A stretch of 64,000 nt of DNA, taken from contig CAJOMN010000013.1 in assembly GCA_905235745.1 (NCBI GenBank), positions 13,931 through 77,930 on the forward strand. Direction: 5' to 3'. The notes under the pieces are model-generated. The model was not told the DNA's origin. It made no database searches and saw only the letters and a program-made list of their open reading frames with translations. How positions within the stretch are numbered: the first letter of the stretch is position 1; each line of letters starts with the position of its first letter. Origin of the DNA: an uncultured Lachnospiraceae bacterium (GTDB lineage: Bacteria; Bacillota; Clostridia; Lachnospirales; Lachnospiraceae). This document shows, in pieces, positions 45,522-57,161 of this stretch. A program made the translations under genes and the position numbers.

Positions 45522-46946
45522 CTACATTTTCTCACCTATGTAGTAGAACCCCTTGCATTCCGCAAGCTTCACCGGGACGATCTTTCCGATTAATGACGCA
45601 TCACCGGGAAAATGTACGGTCAGGTTATTCGACAGCCTTCCCGTAACAAGCGAACTGTCCTGCCTGTTGACCTCTTCCACGAGCACATCCATTACTTTCC
45701 CTTCATTCATCGACGCCTGCTCGCAGCTTACCTGCTGAACCTTCTCGAGAACTGTCGCAAAATTCTTCCTGGCTACATCCTCCGGTACCTGATCGGGCAT
45801 TGATGCCGCCTTTGTACCGCTTCGTTTAGAATATATGAAAGTGAACGCTCCGTCAAACCGTACCTTGTCGATCACATCAAGAGTATCCTCTATGTCTTCT
45901 TCAGTCTCGCCGGGATAACCGATGATCAGATCAGTCGTAATCGCGATATCCGGGATCCGCTCCCTTATCCTGAGGGCAAGGTCGATATACTGCTGCTTAG
46001 TATAATGCCTGTTCATTGACTCAAGGAGCCTTGACGAGCCCGACTGCAGCGGCAGATGTATATGCCGGCATATCTTGCCGGAATGAGCCATGACATCGAT
46101 AAGCTCGTCCGACAGATCCTTGGGGTGGCTTGTCATGAATCTGATGCGCTCTATCCCGTCGATCTTCTCAACCTCCCGAAGCAGCCCGGCGAAGGTAATA
46201 TCCTCGTCAAGCCCTCTGCCGTATGAATTGACATTCTGTCCGAGAAGCATTACCTCAACGACTCCGTCGGCAGCAAGAGACTCGATCTCGGCGATTATAT
46301 CGGAGCTTGACCGACTCCGCTCCCGTCCCCGTACATACGGCACAATGCAATAGCTGCAGTAATTATTGCATCCGAACATTATATTTACACCCGATTTGAA
46401 GCTGTAATTGCGCTTCGCGGGCAGATCTTCGACGATCCTGTCGGTATCTTCCCATATCTCGGAAATAAGATGTCCCCTGCCCTTTACGTCCTGCCTTGTT
46501 AATACTTTAACAAGCAGCTCGGGAAAATCAAACAGATTATGCGTTCCGAATATCAGATCAACAAACTGATAGCTGTTAACTATCCTGTCGTAAGCGGTTT
46601 TTTCCTGCGGAAGGCAGCCGCACACCGCAATGATCATATCCTCGCGCCGCCTCTTGACGTTAACAAGGCTGCCCAGGTGTCCGTACAGCTTCTGGTCGGC
46701 ATTATCCCTTATAGTACATGTATTGAATATGACAAGATCAGCCAGGCTCTCGTCATCTTCATGCACGTAGCCGCATGCCTCCAGTACTCCCGTTAGCTTT
46801 TCGGAGTCCCTTGCGTTCATCTGGCATCCGAAGGTCGTGACATGGTATGTCAGCCTTCTTCCTGCTGCCTTGGATCTTGCTCGTACTATCCTGCCGGCTT
46901 CTTCGATATATTCCGAATGGTCTTTATATGTGTTATCTTCTGTCAT
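45522..46946 (-). CDS. miaB: tRNA-i6A37 methylthiotransferase MiaB
   Basis: UPF0004 N-domain (YHVTTFGCQMNARDSE), radical-SAM motif CNNYCSYCIVPYVRG, and a C-terminal TRAM domain. Confidence 0.92.
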   Translation of the reverse strand: MTEDNTYKDHSEYIEEAGRIVRARSKAAGRRLTYHVTTFGCQMNARDSEKLTGVLEACGYVHEDDESLADLVIFNTCTIRDNADQKLYGHLGSLVNVKRRREDMIIAVCGCLPQEKTAYDRIVNSYQFVDLIFGTHNLFDFPELLVKVLTRQDVKGRGHLISEIWEDTDRIVEDLPAKRNYSFKSGVNIMFGCNNYCSYCIVPYVRGRERSRSSSDIIAEIESLAADGVVEVMLLGQNVNSYGRGLDEDITFAGLLREVEKIDGIERIRFMTSHPKDLSDELIDVMAHSGKICRHIHLPLQSGSSRLLESMNRHYTKQQYIDLALRIRERIPDIAITTDLIIGYPGETEEDIEDTLDVIDKVRFDGAFTFIYSKRSGTKAASMPDQVPEDVARKNFATVLEKVQQVSCEQASMNEGKVMDVLVEEVNRQDSSLVTGRLSNNLTVHFPGDASLIGKIVPVKLAECKGFYYIGEKM

Positions 46947-46969
46947 CTGAATATGCCACTAATCCGCGA

Positions 46970-47539
46970 TCATCCCCGCGAAGCGTATATTTGGGTATCC
47001 GTTATCACCATATCGGGCGTAACATCATCCGCATCCGGTTCGATGCTGTCAACTATCTGTATATCATATGCAAGCCCTATGACTAGCCCGGGGGCATTCT
47101 CCCTCAGGAATCTGTCGTAGAACGCCTTGCCGTATCCCACCCGGTGGCACATGCTGTCAAAAGCAACACCGGGCGCAATGCATATATCCGCTCTTCCTGT
47201 CATCTCATCACAGGCACTGCAAGGCTCCGGGATCCCTTTATAACCGCTTACAAACCGGTCTGTGCCGCTTACGATATAGAACCGCATGACAGGCTCTCCG
47301 TCTTCTATCCGTGATCGCGGGTATGCCACAGTCTTGCGATCCCGAAGCGCACTCTCAAATATCATATCTGTGCCGACTTCGTTATTATATGCCTTGTAGA
47401 GAAGTATGGACGAAGCATTCCGGTATTCATCGCTTTCGATGAATTTCCGGCATATTATCCGGGATCTGCATTCGGCTTCTTCCCTGTCCATGTTCCGGCG
47501 GAGCGGCAGCACAAGTGTGCGGGCTGATGCTTTGTCCAT
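46970..47539 (-). CDS. 5-formyltetrahydrofolate cyclo-ligase
   Basis: PGVAFDSMCHRVGYGKAFYDRFL matches the family's C-terminal signature. 189 aa. Confidence 0.85.
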   Translation of the reverse strand: MDKASARTLVLPLRRNMDREEAECRSRIICRKFIESDEYRNASSILLYKAYNNEVGTDMIFESALRDRKTVAYPRSRIEDGEPVMRFYIVSGTDRFVSGYKGIPEPCSACDEMTGRADICIAPGVAFDSMCHRVGYGKAFYDRFLRENAPGLVIGLAYDIQIVDSIEPDADDVTPDMVITDTQIYASRG

Positions 47540-48429
47540 CAGAAGCGCCCTTCTATTCTTGCATTGACATAATCGGAAATATCAAAATCACTGTCCGGAT
47601 CTGCCGTAAAGAGCGTTCCGTAATTGCGCCCTTCCATTATCTTATGTATGACCGACACATCCTTACCGTTTGCTATTACCATATCCGCGCCGCTTCCCGT
47701 TGCGACCTTGGCGGCGTTTATCTTGGCATTCATGCCGCCGGTGCCGATGCTCGTACCCGTTGTCGGCTTGGCATATTCCTCATATCTGCCGTCTATCTTT
47801 TCGATCAGATGGATAAGCTTCGCATCACTGTTCTCCCGCGGATCGTCCGTATACATTCCGTCAATATCGGACAGCAGTATCAGCATGTCTGCACCGGTAA
47901 GTGCCGCAACGACCGAAGCCAGAAAATCATTATCTCCGAATGTATCTTCCACCTCATGGGTCGCAACCGTATCGTTTTCGTTGACGACAGGGATAACGCC
48001 AAGTTCCAGCAGTTTCATGAACGTGTTCTGCGCATTCCGGCGGCTCGATTCTTCGATCATAGTATGCATTGTCATCAGGATCTGGGCGGTCACATGATTA
48101 TACTCCGCGAACAGGCGCTCGTATATCATCATCAGCCTTGCCTGCCCGATCGCAGCGCACGCCTGCTTTAAAGGTATGTCCTCGTCCTGCGGGACGAGAT
48201 TGACCGCACGTCTCCCTACCGCAATGGCGCCGGAGGATACGAGAATAACGTCTTTCCCTTGATTTTTAAGCTCGCACAGTTCTCTGACCAGCCGCTCCAT
48301 CTTGGTCAGATTCAGTTCTCCTGTCTTCATATGGTGAAGGGAGGAACTGCCTATCTTGACTACGATACGCTTTCTGTCCCTGATCCCGGAACGCAGCTCT
48401 GCCTCCCGCTCTGTCATCCTGTCAGCCAT
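47539..48429 (-). CDS. proB: Glutamate 5-kinase (short form without a PUA domain)
   Basis: RIVVKIGSSSL, VSSGAIAVG, and NENDTV. The start is taken at the ATG at 48429 (GGAGAG RBS), just after the upstream stop. Confidence 0.88.
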   Translation of the reverse strand: MADRMTEREAELRSGIRDRKRIVVKIGSSSLHHMKTGELNLTKMERLVRELCELKNQGKDVILVSSGAIAVGRRAVNLVPQDEDIPLKQACAAIGQARLMMIYERLFAEYNHVTAQILMTMHTMIEESSRRNAQNTFMKLLELGVIPVVNENDTVATHEVEDTFGDNDFLASVVAALTGADMLILLSDIDGMYTDDPRENSDAKLIHLIEKIDGRYEEYAKPTTGTSIGTGGMNAKINAAKVATGSGADMVIANGKDVSVIHKIMEGRNYGTLFTADPDSDFDISDYVNARIEGRF

Positions 48430-48431
48430 TT

Positions 48432-50129
48432 TCACTCTCCACATTCATCTCCGTCCGAGATGTATCGCTCTATTATCTTCTCCGCACATCTGATCCCATC
48501 CGCTGCGGCGCTTACTATGCCGCCTGCATATCCCGCGCCTTCTCCGCACGGATATAGTCCCTTTATATTCGACTCGAATCCGTCGTCACGCCCGATACGT
48601 ACCGGTGATGATGTCCTTGCCTCAACGCCGAACATATATACGTCACCTGCGTCAAAGCCTTTCATAGTATAACCAAATTTATGCATTGATTCAATTATCG
48701 CTTCATCCATTTCTCCGGAAAATATTCCCTTAAGATTTGCCGCTGCCGTCGTTCCCTTTACCATGCCATCAGGCAGAACCGTTTCCGATGCTGTTCCCGT
48801 TTCATAGTCCGAAAAGCGCTGGAACGGTATACATCCGCGGCCACGCTCATATGCGGCGGCTTCAATCCTCCTTTGATAATACATTCCCGCAAGCGGATGA
48901 CCCGGCGGTACCTCATCCTGTATATAATCATCCGGCGTTACAGCAGCTATTATGGCGGAGTTGGCGTACTGTCCGTCTCTTCCGTGCTCGCTCATTCCGT
49001 TGACGCATATCCCGCCTGCCTCGCTTGAGGCGTTAACGACATAGCCTCCCGGACACATGCAGAAGCTGTATACCCTCCTGCCGCCGGCGGTCTCATTTGT
49101 TACTTTGTAATCAGCCGGAGGAAGATGTATCTCTTCGGGATCTTCCGTGCCGTACTGCCATTTATTAACCAGTGCCTGCGGATGTGCCACGCGAAATCCC
49201 GCCGCAAAGTTCTTCGCGCTCATGCGGACATTCCGGCGATACAGCATTTCAAAAGTATCCCTTGCACTGTGCCCGGTACAAAGCACGCATATATCCGTCT
49301 CAATATCCCGAACGGTGCCTGTTGCAACATCCATTACCGTTATTCCCGAAAGCTTCCCGTCAGCATCCGAAATATCCGTAAGCCTCGTATTAAACATGAA
49401 CTCGCCGCCAAGTGCGGTTATCTCGCTGCGTATGTTCTTCACAACGCTTTTAAGAATATCCGTGCCGATATGAGGCTTAGCGTCATATAATATCTCCTCC
49501 GGCGCGCCATGCTCATAGAATGTCCTGATGACGAACGAATTACGGCCGTTCGTATCTTTGGTGAGAGTGTTTAACTTGCCGTCCGAAAAGGTTCCGGCTC
49601 CGCCTTCTCCGAATGATACGTTCGAATCATCGGAAAGATTTCCGCCTTCCCAGAATGCGGCGACGGTCCTGCTCCTGTCGTCCACATTCTCTCCGCGTTC
49701 GATGACTATCGGGCGAAATCCGGCTCTTGCAAGAAGAAGGGCACAAAACATTCCGGCAGGCCCGCTCCCTGTTACGACCGGTCTTCGTGAAAGCTTCTCA
49801 TTTCCGCACTCCGGCGGAGAATACACTGCCGGCGGATCCGTTATTATCTTATCCGAAAACCGCCTTACCTGCGGCTTTTTCGCGTTCTTTTCATGAAACC
49901 TTCGTATGCGCTCTTCAACCGCACTGTCACACAGAAGCATTACGGTATACACATAATATATATGAGGCTTCTTTCTGGCATCGATGCTCCTGCGCAGTAT
50001 CCTGTACGACAGATCGGGATAAGAATTGCCCGGATATATCTTATCCAGGCACAGTATCCTCATCATCTCGTCCAGCACATCCCCCGCGCCGTGTCCGACC
50101 GGAAGCCTGATATTTCTCACACTGATCAC
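48432..50129 (-). CDS. FAD-dependent protein (COG2509-like NAD(FAD)-utilising dehydrogenase)
   Basis: Dinucleotide fold VVTGSGPAGMFCALLLARAG. The start is taken at the GTG at 50129, 2 nt after the upstream TAA and preceded by GGGGAA. Confidence 0.75.
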   Translation of the reverse strand: MISVRNIRLPVGHGAGDVLDEMMRILCLDKIYPGNSYPDLSYRILRRSIDARKKPHIYYVYTVMLLCDSAVEERIRRFHEKNAKKPQVRRFSDKIITDPPAVYSPPECGNEKLSRRPVVTGSGPAGMFCALLLARAGFRPIVIERGENVDDRSRTVAAFWEGGNLSDDSNVSFGEGGAGTFSDGKLNTLTKDTNGRNSFVIRTFYEHGAPEEILYDAKPHIGTDILKSVVKNIRSEITALGGEFMFNTRLTDISDADGKLSGITVMDVATGTVRDIETDICVLCTGHSARDTFEMLYRRNVRMSAKNFAAGFRVAHPQALVNKWQYGTEDPEEIHLPPADYKVTNETAGGRRVYSFCMCPGGYVVNASSEAGGICVNGMSEHGRDGQYANSAIIAAVTPDDYIQDEVPPGHPLAGMYYQRRIEAAAYERGRGCIPFQRFSDYETGTASETVLPDGMVKGTTAAANLKGIFSGEMDEAIIESMHKFGYTMKGFDAGDVYMFGVEARTSSPVRIGRDDGFESNIKGLYPCGEGAGYAGGIVSAAADGIRCAEKIIERYISDGDECGE

Positions 50130-50131
50130 GT

Positions 50132-51382
50132 TTATTCCCCTGCCATATGAATGGCGGCGCACATTGCGCTGCTTGCTGCCCACTGCAGGTTATAACCGCC
50201 GCAGTCCCCGTTAACGTCAAGTATTTCACCGGCAAAGTACAGACCGGGCACAAGCCTGCTCTCGAGATGCTCCGTCACCTCATCAAGGCTGACTCCGCCC
50301 ATCGCAACCTGCGCCTGATCATACCCGCCGTGACCGTCTATATCGGTCGCAAAGTTCTTGGCAAGACCGCCAAGGCGGCTGATATCGTTGCCGGTAAGCT
50401 CGCGGCACTTTGTCTTCAGATCGATACCGCATCTCCTGCACAGGCATATCCCGAGAGGCTTGGCCAGAAGCCCTATAAAGAGCTCCTCGCAAGTCCGGAG
50501 CGGCTGCGCATTTATTCTGCTTCGGATATAGTCATTGATACAGTCTTCTTCGATATCCGGCAGCAGGTCGATACATGCTCTTACCTTTCCGCCGCGCTCT
50601 AAAGACTGTACAGCCAGATAACTTAAGTTAAATACCGCTATCCCCGATATACCTGTTCTTGTAAACTGAAGCTCTCCGCCCTCGTGTCCGGCAAGCTCGT
50701 AATCGTCCCCGGCATCACTGCTGCCATAAAGAGATATGACGGCCTTTGTCCTGATCCCGGCAAGTGACGGATAATATTCATCCTTCGATGTCAGATATGT
50801 AAGTGCGGGAAGCGGGGGGATGACTGTATGTCCGAATGATCGTGCGATATCGTATCCGCTGCCGTCAGATCCGGTATTTCGTGCAACATTAGATCCGCAG
50901 CATATGATCACTTTGTCATAATCGTATTTATCATGTCCCGTCTCAACCAGGAATCGTCTCCCGTTGTCTGTATCGTCACCGTGACAGCTTATTCCGGCAA
51001 TATCCGTTCCGGTATGAACATCTATCCCCAGATCCCTTATGGCAAACCTCAATACATCCACGACAGCGGACGCCTGATTGCTGTACGGATACAGATACCC
51101 GTTCCTGTCGGTAAGCTGCAGCCCGATCTTCTCGAATACCCGCCTTGTCATATCAGACGGACAGTCAGATAATACAGCTTTGACTATCCCGATGTTTCCG
51201 GAGTGATAATGCGATATATCCATGTCGGTATTGGATATATTGCACTTGCCGCTTCCGGTCCCGAGAAGCTTCTTGCCGACTCTTTGCATATGCTCGAATA
51301 CGGAAACCTCGCATCCATGCCCGGCAAGAACTATAGCGGCGACCAGTCCCGAGGCTCCGCCTCCTATGACAGCCGCCTTCAT
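50132..51382 (-). CDS. HI0933/BaiN-like flavoprotein (NAD(P)/FAD-dependent oxidoreductase)
   Basis: MKAAVIGGGASGLVAAIVLA and the C-terminal GLYFAGEILDVNGDCGGYNLQWA, typical of the family. Confidence 0.8.
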   Translation of the reverse strand: MKAAVIGGGASGLVAAIVLAGHGCEVSVFEHMQRVGKKLLGTGSGKCNISNTDMDISHYHSGNIGIVKAVLSDCPSDMTRRVFEKIGLQLTDRNGYLYPYSNQASAVVDVLRFAIRDLGIDVHTGTDIAGISCHGDDTDNGRRFLVETGHDKYDYDKVIICCGSNVARNTGSDGSGYDIARSFGHTVIPPLPALTYLTSKDEYYPSLAGIRTKAVISLYGSSDAGDDYELAGHEGGELQFTRTGISGIAVFNLSYLAVQSLERGGKVRACIDLLPDIEEDCINDYIRSRINAQPLRTCEELFIGLLAKPLGICLCRRCGIDLKTKCRELTGNDISRLGGLAKNFATDIDGHGGYDQAQVAMGGVSLDEVTEHLESRLVPGLYFAGEILDVNGDCGGYNLQWAASSAMCAAIHMAGE

Positions 51383-52995
51383 CTTCCGCGTCCTCCGGCA
51401 AGACTCCTGATCTCACTGATTTTCAGCCCTTTTAACAGGATAAGCGCAATGAAGTATACTATGATCCCGGCAACGGATGATATGATTACTCCCGTAAGCT
51501 CTCCCGCGGTCTTGGAGAAAATACGATACAGGATAAACACAACGCCGCCCATTACGGCAGACGATATTATCGGGATAATGAACGTGCGCCTTATCTCCTG
51601 ACGATAATGCAGGTATTTGGCAACGCTCATCCAGTTCAGTATGCACATGATCAGTCCGAATGCCATGCATGATACAACAACGCCGTACAGCTTCCAGTCC
51701 AGAACGCTTATCGTCAGATACAGTATGCCGATATGAAGTACAAGCGCGATAGCTGCGTTCATTACCGGAATCTTCATCTTGTCTATTCCCTGAAGGATGC
51801 CGTTTGACAATGTGGACAGCGAATAGAATACAACCGATGCCGAACCCATATGCAGAAGCGCGGATGCGATGTCGACATCTCCGGTGAACATAAGGGATAC
51901 GAGCGGACGGGCCAGAATGGCAAGCGCGGTCGCACAGGGGATCGCGATGATCATGACAAAACGTATCCCTATGGCTACCTTATGTCTCGCAAGCTTTCTC
52001 TCCCCGTTTTCGATACAGGCTGCAAGCGAAGGCATAAGGGACGAACACAGTGCGTTCGCAAGCGCGATCGGTACATTGGTCAGTACCCTGTATTTCCCCG
52101 AATAGATACCCCAGTATTCGGCTTTAATGTCCGAGAACCCCTTGGCATCCATGACATAATTGAATACGCCCTGATCTATCGTATCGCTTATATTGTATAT
52201 TGTTGTGCTAAGAATAACGGGAAGTACGGTAATGATTATTGTCGAGAATATCCGTCCGAACGAATCAACGCTTTTGGCGGAATCTCTTCTGATGCCCGGT
52301 TTCATCCGGCGGGCATGGATAAGGAACATAATCAGAAGGACCAGGAGACCTGCCAGTGCTCCCGCACCGGTTCCGAGCGTGCCGCCGGCGGCTCCCCATG
52401 CCGGAGCATATGCCTCGTCGCGCAGTATGGCGGCAACCTTTGTGCCGTATTCATACAGATATATGCCGGCAACAACCGAGATGACGGCATTTACAATCTG
52501 CTCGATAAGCTGTGAGAAAGCGGTCGGAACCATTGTTCCGAGTCCCTGAAAATACCCTCTTATAACGCCCATTACCGCAACGATCAGAAGAGTCGGTGCA
52601 AGCATGCGGAGCGCTATCGAAGACTTGGGCATACTCATGATATTGCCCGCAAGCGTATCCGCACCGAATAATACGATAAGGCAGGCCGCGCCTCCTGTCA
52701 GCGTCGCGAACAGGAGCGACCCGTGAAATATCCGTCTGGCGTTCCTGTACTGCCCCTTTCCCGCTTTTGCCGCCACAAGCTTTGATACCGCGACAGGGAG
52801 ACTGTACGATGAGATAATGAGCATTATTGAATATATCTGAAAAGCCGCCGAATAGTATCCCATTCCGGCGTCTCCTATAGTATTCTGAAGTGGAATCCTG
52901 TATACGAAACCAATAATACGGCTGATGATACCGGCAGCGGCAAGGATCCCGCCCTGAACTATGAAATTGGAATTCTGTGGTTTGGATTCTGCCAT
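51379..52995 (-). CDS. MOP-superfamily flippase (MurJ/SpoVB/polysaccharide-biosynthesis type)
   Basis: About 14 TM helices. The N-terminus FIVQGGILAAAGIISRIIGFVYRIPL is typical. The start is placed at MAESKPQ (52995), after the ybeY stop. Confidence 0.75.
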   Translation of the reverse strand: MAESKPQNSNFIVQGGILAAAGIISRIIGFVYRIPLQNTIGDAGMGYYSAAFQIYSIMLIISSYSLPVAVSKLVAAKAGKGQYRNARRIFHGSLLFATLTGGAACLIVLFGADTLAGNIMSMPKSSIALRMLAPTLLIVAVMGVIRGYFQGLGTMVPTAFSQLIEQIVNAVISVVAGIYLYEYGTKVAAILRDEAYAPAWGAAGGTLGTGAGALAGLLVLLIMFLIHARRMKPGIRRDSAKSVDSFGRIFSTIIITVLPVILSTTIYNISDTIDQGVFNYVMDAKGFSDIKAEYWGIYSGKYRVLTNVPIALANALCSSLMPSLAACIENGERKLARHKVAIGIRFVMIIAIPCATALAILARPLVSLMFTGDVDIASALLHMGSASVVFYSLSTLSNGILQGIDKMKIPVMNAAIALVLHIGILYLTISVLDWKLYGVVVSCMAFGLIMCILNWMSVAKYLHYRQEIRRTFIIPIISSAVMGGVVFILYRIFSKTAGELTGVIISSVAGIIVYFIALILLKGLKISEIRSLAGGRGR

Positions 52996-52997
52996 TT

Positions 52998-53510
52998 CTA
53001 CCTGACGCACAGCATCGGAAAATCATTATACATACTCTCTATAATGATCTTCTGCCTTTCCTCCATTAGTAACCTGTCCCCGTCATCCATATGATCGTAA
53101 CCGCACAGATGCAGCATACTGTGTATGATCAGGAACGCATATTCCCTTTGTATATCGTGTCCGTACTGCAATGCCTGCTTTTCGACCATTTCGGCGGATA
53201 TGACTATATCACCGAGAAGAAGTTCACCCGTCTCCGGCTCAAAAGCCCCCGTCACGCTGTCTGCTGCCGCAAAGTCCGACGGAGCAGTGTAATCAAGCAT
53301 CGGAAAGCTCAGAACATCGGTAACCGCATCTATCGACCTCATATCATTATTGATCTGTCTGATGCCCTCATCATCCGTTACAAGAAGCGACACGCATGCT
53401 TCATACGGACACCCTTCGGCAGTAAGCGCGGCATCCACGCAGCTTTCGTAGAGACGGATATAGTCAAAATCCCAGTCAATTGGAGCTTCACAGTCAAACA
53501 GGCACGTCAT
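52998..53510 (-). CDS. ybeY: rRNA maturation endoribonuclease YbeY
   Basis: Zinc-site motif HSMLHLCGYDH. Confidence 0.92.
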   Translation of the reverse strand: MTCLFDCEAPIDWDFDYIRLYESCVDAALTAEGCPYEACVSLLVTDDEGIRQINNDMRSIDAVTDVLSFPMLDYTAPSDFAAADSVTGAFEPETGELLLGDIVISAEMVEKQALQYGHDIQREYAFLIIHSMLHLCGYDHMDDGDRLLMEERQKIIIESMYNDFPMLCVR

Positions 53511-54472
53511 TTTGATTTTTTCTTTCTGCTCTTTTCTTCGTATACTTCGTAAGCCTTAACAATCTTCTGGACAAGAGGGTGCCTTACAACATCGCGGCTT
53601 GTCAGATTGCAGAACGCGATATCATCCACATCCGACAGCACTCTTAACGCGACGTCCAGTCCCGAGACGGAACCTACGGCAAGATCCTTCTGCGTCCTGT
53701 CCCCTGTTATCACGACCTTGCTCCCGAAACCGATCCTTGTCAGGAACATTTTCATCTGGGCGGGAGTGGTGTTCTGCGCCTCGTCAAGTATAATATACGC
53801 ATTGTCAAGCGTCCGTCCGCGCATATAGGCAAGCGGCGCCACTTCAATGAGTCCTTTTTCCATGTTACGCGCAAAGCTCTCGGCCCCCATGATCTGGTAC
53901 AGCGCATCATACAACGGCCGCAGGTACGGGTCTACCTTGCTCTGGAGATCTCCGGGGAGAAAACCGAGCTTCTCGCCGGCTTCAATTGCGGGACGGGTAA
54001 GGATGATCCGTGATACTTCCTCTTTTTTGAAAGCGGTAATGGCCATTGCCATTGCAAGATATGTCTTGCCCCTTCCGGCAGGACCCGTTCCGAAGACGAT
54101 CATATTGTTCCTGATCGCGTCGACATACGCCTTCTGCCCGAGCGTCTTGGGCTTGACGGGCTTGCCGGCCGCTGTATGGCATATAAGTGCCTCATCTGCC
54201 GTGATCAGTGAATCGTTAACATTTTCCATGTGCATTTCCACCGAATATCTTACCTGCTGTTCGGTTATGTCATTGCCACGTTGGGATATTTCGTACAGTT
54301 CGTCCATAACTGCCCTGCATCTTGCAACCTCCGCAGCATCGCCGAGTATCTTGACCGCTCCGTCGCGCTCTATAACAGTCGTCCCGAAGGCTTCTTCTAT
54401 TATCTTAATGTGAGAATCAAACGGACCGAATATGTTCCGCAGATCCTTTTCATCAATCCCAATATCAGCCAT
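53507..54472 (-). CDS. phoH: PhoH-family ATPase
   Basis: Walker A GPAGRGKTYLAMA, Walker B YIILDEAQN, and an N-terminal KH-like region. Confidence 0.9.
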   Translation of the reverse strand: MADIGIDEKDLRNIFGPFDSHIKIIEEAFGTTVIERDGAVKILGDAAEVARCRAVMDELYEISQRGNDITEQQVRYSVEMHMENVNDSLITADEALICHTAAGKPVKPKTLGQKAYVDAIRNNMIVFGTGPAGRGKTYLAMAMAITAFKKEEVSRIILTRPAIEAGEKLGFLPGDLQSKVDPYLRPLYDALYQIMGAESFARNMEKGLIEVAPLAYMRGRTLDNAYIILDEAQNTTPAQMKMFLTRIGFGSKVVITGDRTQKDLAVGSVSGLDVALRVLSDVDDIAFCNLTSRDVVRHPLVQKIVKAYEVYEEKSRKKKSK

Positions 54473-55773
54473 TAATCAACTATGCCCTTGATAAGCGGTG
54501 AAGTCCTGACCGGATCGTCCGAGTACTCATATGCATTCTTCAGCCGCTCGAAACCTTCCGCAATCCCGGCGTCATCATTGCCGTATACTGTCGCTATGCG
54601 TTCGCCCGCTTTGCATTTATCACCGACCTTTTTGTGAAGGTAAATGCCTACGGACAGGTCGATCACATCCTCCTTGCTCCTTCTGCCTCCGCCAAGCAGC
54701 AGGCTTGCGGTTCCGACCTCCTCACTCATTATCGAGGAAACATAACAGTCCTTTTCGGCCTTAAGATCAATACTTGCGGAAGCCTTGGGCAGATTATCGG
54801 GATTATACACGTCATCGCGGCACCCGCCCTGTCTTTCGACAAATTCCGCGAACTTGTCAAGCGCCCTGCCGCTGTCAAGCGCTTCCGTCAGCATAGCCCT
54901 TGCATCATCGGCGGGAATATCCCTGGCAAACCCTACCATATAGCTTCCGAGTGTAAGACATAGCTCCTTAAGATCATCAGGTCCGGCTCCGCGGAGCGTA
55001 TCTATTGCTTCCCTTACCTCGATCGCGTTGCCGACCGCATGACCGAGAGGCTGATCCATATCAGAGATCACCGCCATTGTCCTGACTCCGGAATGTCTGC
55101 CTATAGCGACCATTTTCTCGGCAAGCAGGAACGCATCCTTGTCATTTTTCATGAATGCCCCGCTCCCTGACTTGACGTCGAGAACTATTCCGTCTGCTCC
55201 GGCGGCAAGTTTTTTGCTCATGATAGAGCTTGCGATAAGCGACATATTATCGACGGTCGCGGTAACATCGCGAAGTGCGTACAAGAGCTTGTCTGCAGGC
55301 GCGAGATCTTTCGTCTGACCCATTATGGACAATCCGACAGTATTCACATTATTAATGAACTGCTCGTTTGAAATGGACGTAGAGAATCCCCTGAAGCTTT
55401 CAAGCTTATCAATAGTACCGCCCGTATGTCCCAGACCACGGCCGCTCATTTTGGCTACGGGAACGCCGCAGCTTGCCACAAGCGGAGTCAGGACAAGAGA
55501 AGTCTTGTCACCGACACCGCCCGTCGAATGCTTGTCGACCTTGAAGCCCTTTATGGACGAAAGGTCGAGCTTCTCGCCGGAATCAAGCATTGCGAGCGTA
55601 AGATCTCCGGTCTCTTCGTCGTTCATTCCGTTAAAGAATATCGCCATCATGAGAGCCGATACCTGATAATCGGGTATCTCGCCCTTAACGTAACCGTTTA
55701 TGAAGTATTCGATCTCCTGCCTGGTAAGCGTTCCGCCGTCTCTCTTCTTGCGGATGATATCAACCATTAACAT
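54472..55773 (-). CDS. pdp: Pyrimidine-nucleoside (thymidine) phosphorylase
   Basis: [14 protein letters not shown] and [16 protein letters not shown]. Confidence 0.93.
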   Translation of the reverse strand: MLMVDIIRKKRDGGTLTRQEIEYFINGYVKGEIPDYQVSALMMAIFFNGMNDEETGDLTLAMLDSGEKLDLSSIKGFKVDKHSTGGVGDKTSLVLTPLVASCGVPVAKMSGRGLGHTGGTIDKLESFRGFSTSISNEQFINNVNTVGLSIMGQTKDLAPADKLLYALRDVTATVDNMSLIASSIMSKKLAAGADGIVLDVKSGSGAFMKNDKDAFLLAEKMVAIGRHSGVRTMAVISDMDQPLGHAVGNAIEVREAIDTLRGAGPDDLKELCLTLGSYMVGFARDIPADDARAMLTEALDSGRALDKFAEFVERQGGCRDDVYNPDNLPKASASIDLKAEKDCYVSSIMSEEVGTASLLLGGGRRSKEDVIDLSVGIYLHKKVGDKCKAGERIATVYGNDDAGIAEGFERLKNAYEYSDDPVRTSPLIKGIVD

Positions 55774-57161
55774 TATTTATTCCTCAGATACTCGTCAATC
55801 CCCTTTGCCGCGGCTTTTCCGGCGCCCATTGCAAGTATTACGGTGGCAGCGCCCGTTACGGCATCTCCTCCCGCAAATACGCCGGGTTTACTCGTCTTAC
55901 CGTCTTCCTCGGATGCAACAATGCACTTTCTCCTGTTCGTTTCAAGCCCTTCGGTAGTTGAGCTTATAAGAGGATTGGGGCTCGTACCGAGTGACATTAT
56001 CACGGTATCGACATCTATCGTGAATTCGGACCCCGGGATGACAACAGGAGATCTCCTTCCCGACTCATCGGGCTCCCCGAGCTCCATTCTGATACACTTC
56101 ATACCGCATACCCAGCCGTTTTCGTCGGTGAGTATCTCGGTAGGATTGGTCAGAAGATCGAATATGATCCCCTCCTCTTTGGCATGATGAACCTCTTCGG
56201 CTCTTGCGGGAAGCTCTTCTTCAGAGCGGCGGTATACGATATGTACGTCGCCGGCACCGAGACGAAGTGCTGTTCTTGCAGCATCCATCGCAACGTTTCC
56301 TCCGCCGACAACCACTACCTTGTTGCCCGGATTGATGGGGGTATCGTAATCATCCCTGAATGCCTTCATGAGATTGCTTCTTGTCAGGTATTCATTTGCC
56401 GAATATACTCCGCTCGCGGTCTCTCCGGGAATACCCATGAACATCGGAAGTCCGGCTCCGGAGCCGATATATACGGCTTCATAACCCTCCTTGTCCATAA
56501 GTTCATCTATTGTAACGGACTTGCCTATGACAACGTTTGTCTCGATCTTAACGCCCAGTGACTGTACATTTTCTATCTCTTTCTTCACGACATCGTCCTT
56601 CGGAAGACGAAACTCCGGAATTCCGTATACGAGCACGCCGCCCGGCTCATGAAGCGCCTCAAATATTGTCACATCGTAACCCATCTTGGCAAGGTCTCCC
56701 GCGCATGTAAGGCCGGATGGTCCGGAGCCAATTACCGCGACTTTCCTGCCGTTTGATACTTCGCTCTTCTTCGGCTTGATCCCCCTCTCGCGACCGTAAT
56801 CCGCAACAAATCTCTCAAGCTTACCGATAGATACGGCTTCCCCCTTTATGCCGCGTATACATTTTCCTTCGCACTGGGTCTCCTGCGGGCATACCCTTCC
56901 GCATATAGCGGGAAGCGCGCTGCTCTTTCCTATTACGTATCCTGCCTCCTCAAAATCACCTTCCTTCACCTTACTGATAAAGCCGGGAATATCGATGGAT
57001 ACGGGACACGCCGTTACGCACTGTGCATTTTTGCAGTTAAGGCACCTCGATGCCTCCTCCATTGCTTCTTCTTTATTATATCCGAGGCATACTTCATCAA
57101 AATTATGTGCCCGGACCTTTGGATCCTGTTCCCTAACAGGTACTTTTTTCATGACATCCAT
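55773..57161 (-). CDS. nfnB: NADH-dependent reduced ferredoxin:NADP oxidoreductase large subunit (GltD/SudA-like)
   Basis: Two N-terminal Cys clusters ([14 protein letters not shown]; [15 protein letters not shown]), FAD and NADPH folds ([14 protein letters not shown]; [14 protein letters not shown]), and a strong RBS (GGAGGGAG). It is paired with the upstream nfnA-type gene. Confidence 0.85.
   Translation of the reverse strand: MDVMKKVPVREQDPKVRAHNFDEVCLGYNKEEAMEEASRCLNCKNAQCVTACPVSIDIPGFISKVKEGDFEEAGYVIGKSSALPAICGRVCPQETQCEGKCIRGIKGEAVSIGKLERFVADYGRERGIKPKKSEVSNGRKVAVIGSGPSGLTCAGDLAKMGYDVTIFEALHEPGGVLVYGIPEFRLPKDDVVKKEIENVQSLGVKIETNVVIGKSVTIDELMDKEGYEAVYIGSGAGLPMFMGIPGETASGVYSANEYLTRSNLMKAFRDDYDTPINPGNKVVVVGGGNVAMDAARTALRLGAGDVHIVYRRSEEELPARAEEVHHAKEEGIIFDLLTNPTEILTDENGWVCGMKCIRMELGEPDESGRRSPVVIPGSEFTIDVDTVIMSLGTSPNPLISSTTEGLETNRRKCIVASEEDGKTSKPGVFAGGDAVTGAATVILAMGAGKAAAKGIDEYLRNK

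Noticed and set aside
52451-53026. 191-aa minus-strand ORF overlapping the flippase and ybeY genes out of frame
   Set aside because: It lies entirely within better-supported genes and gives an Arg/Cys-rich translation.
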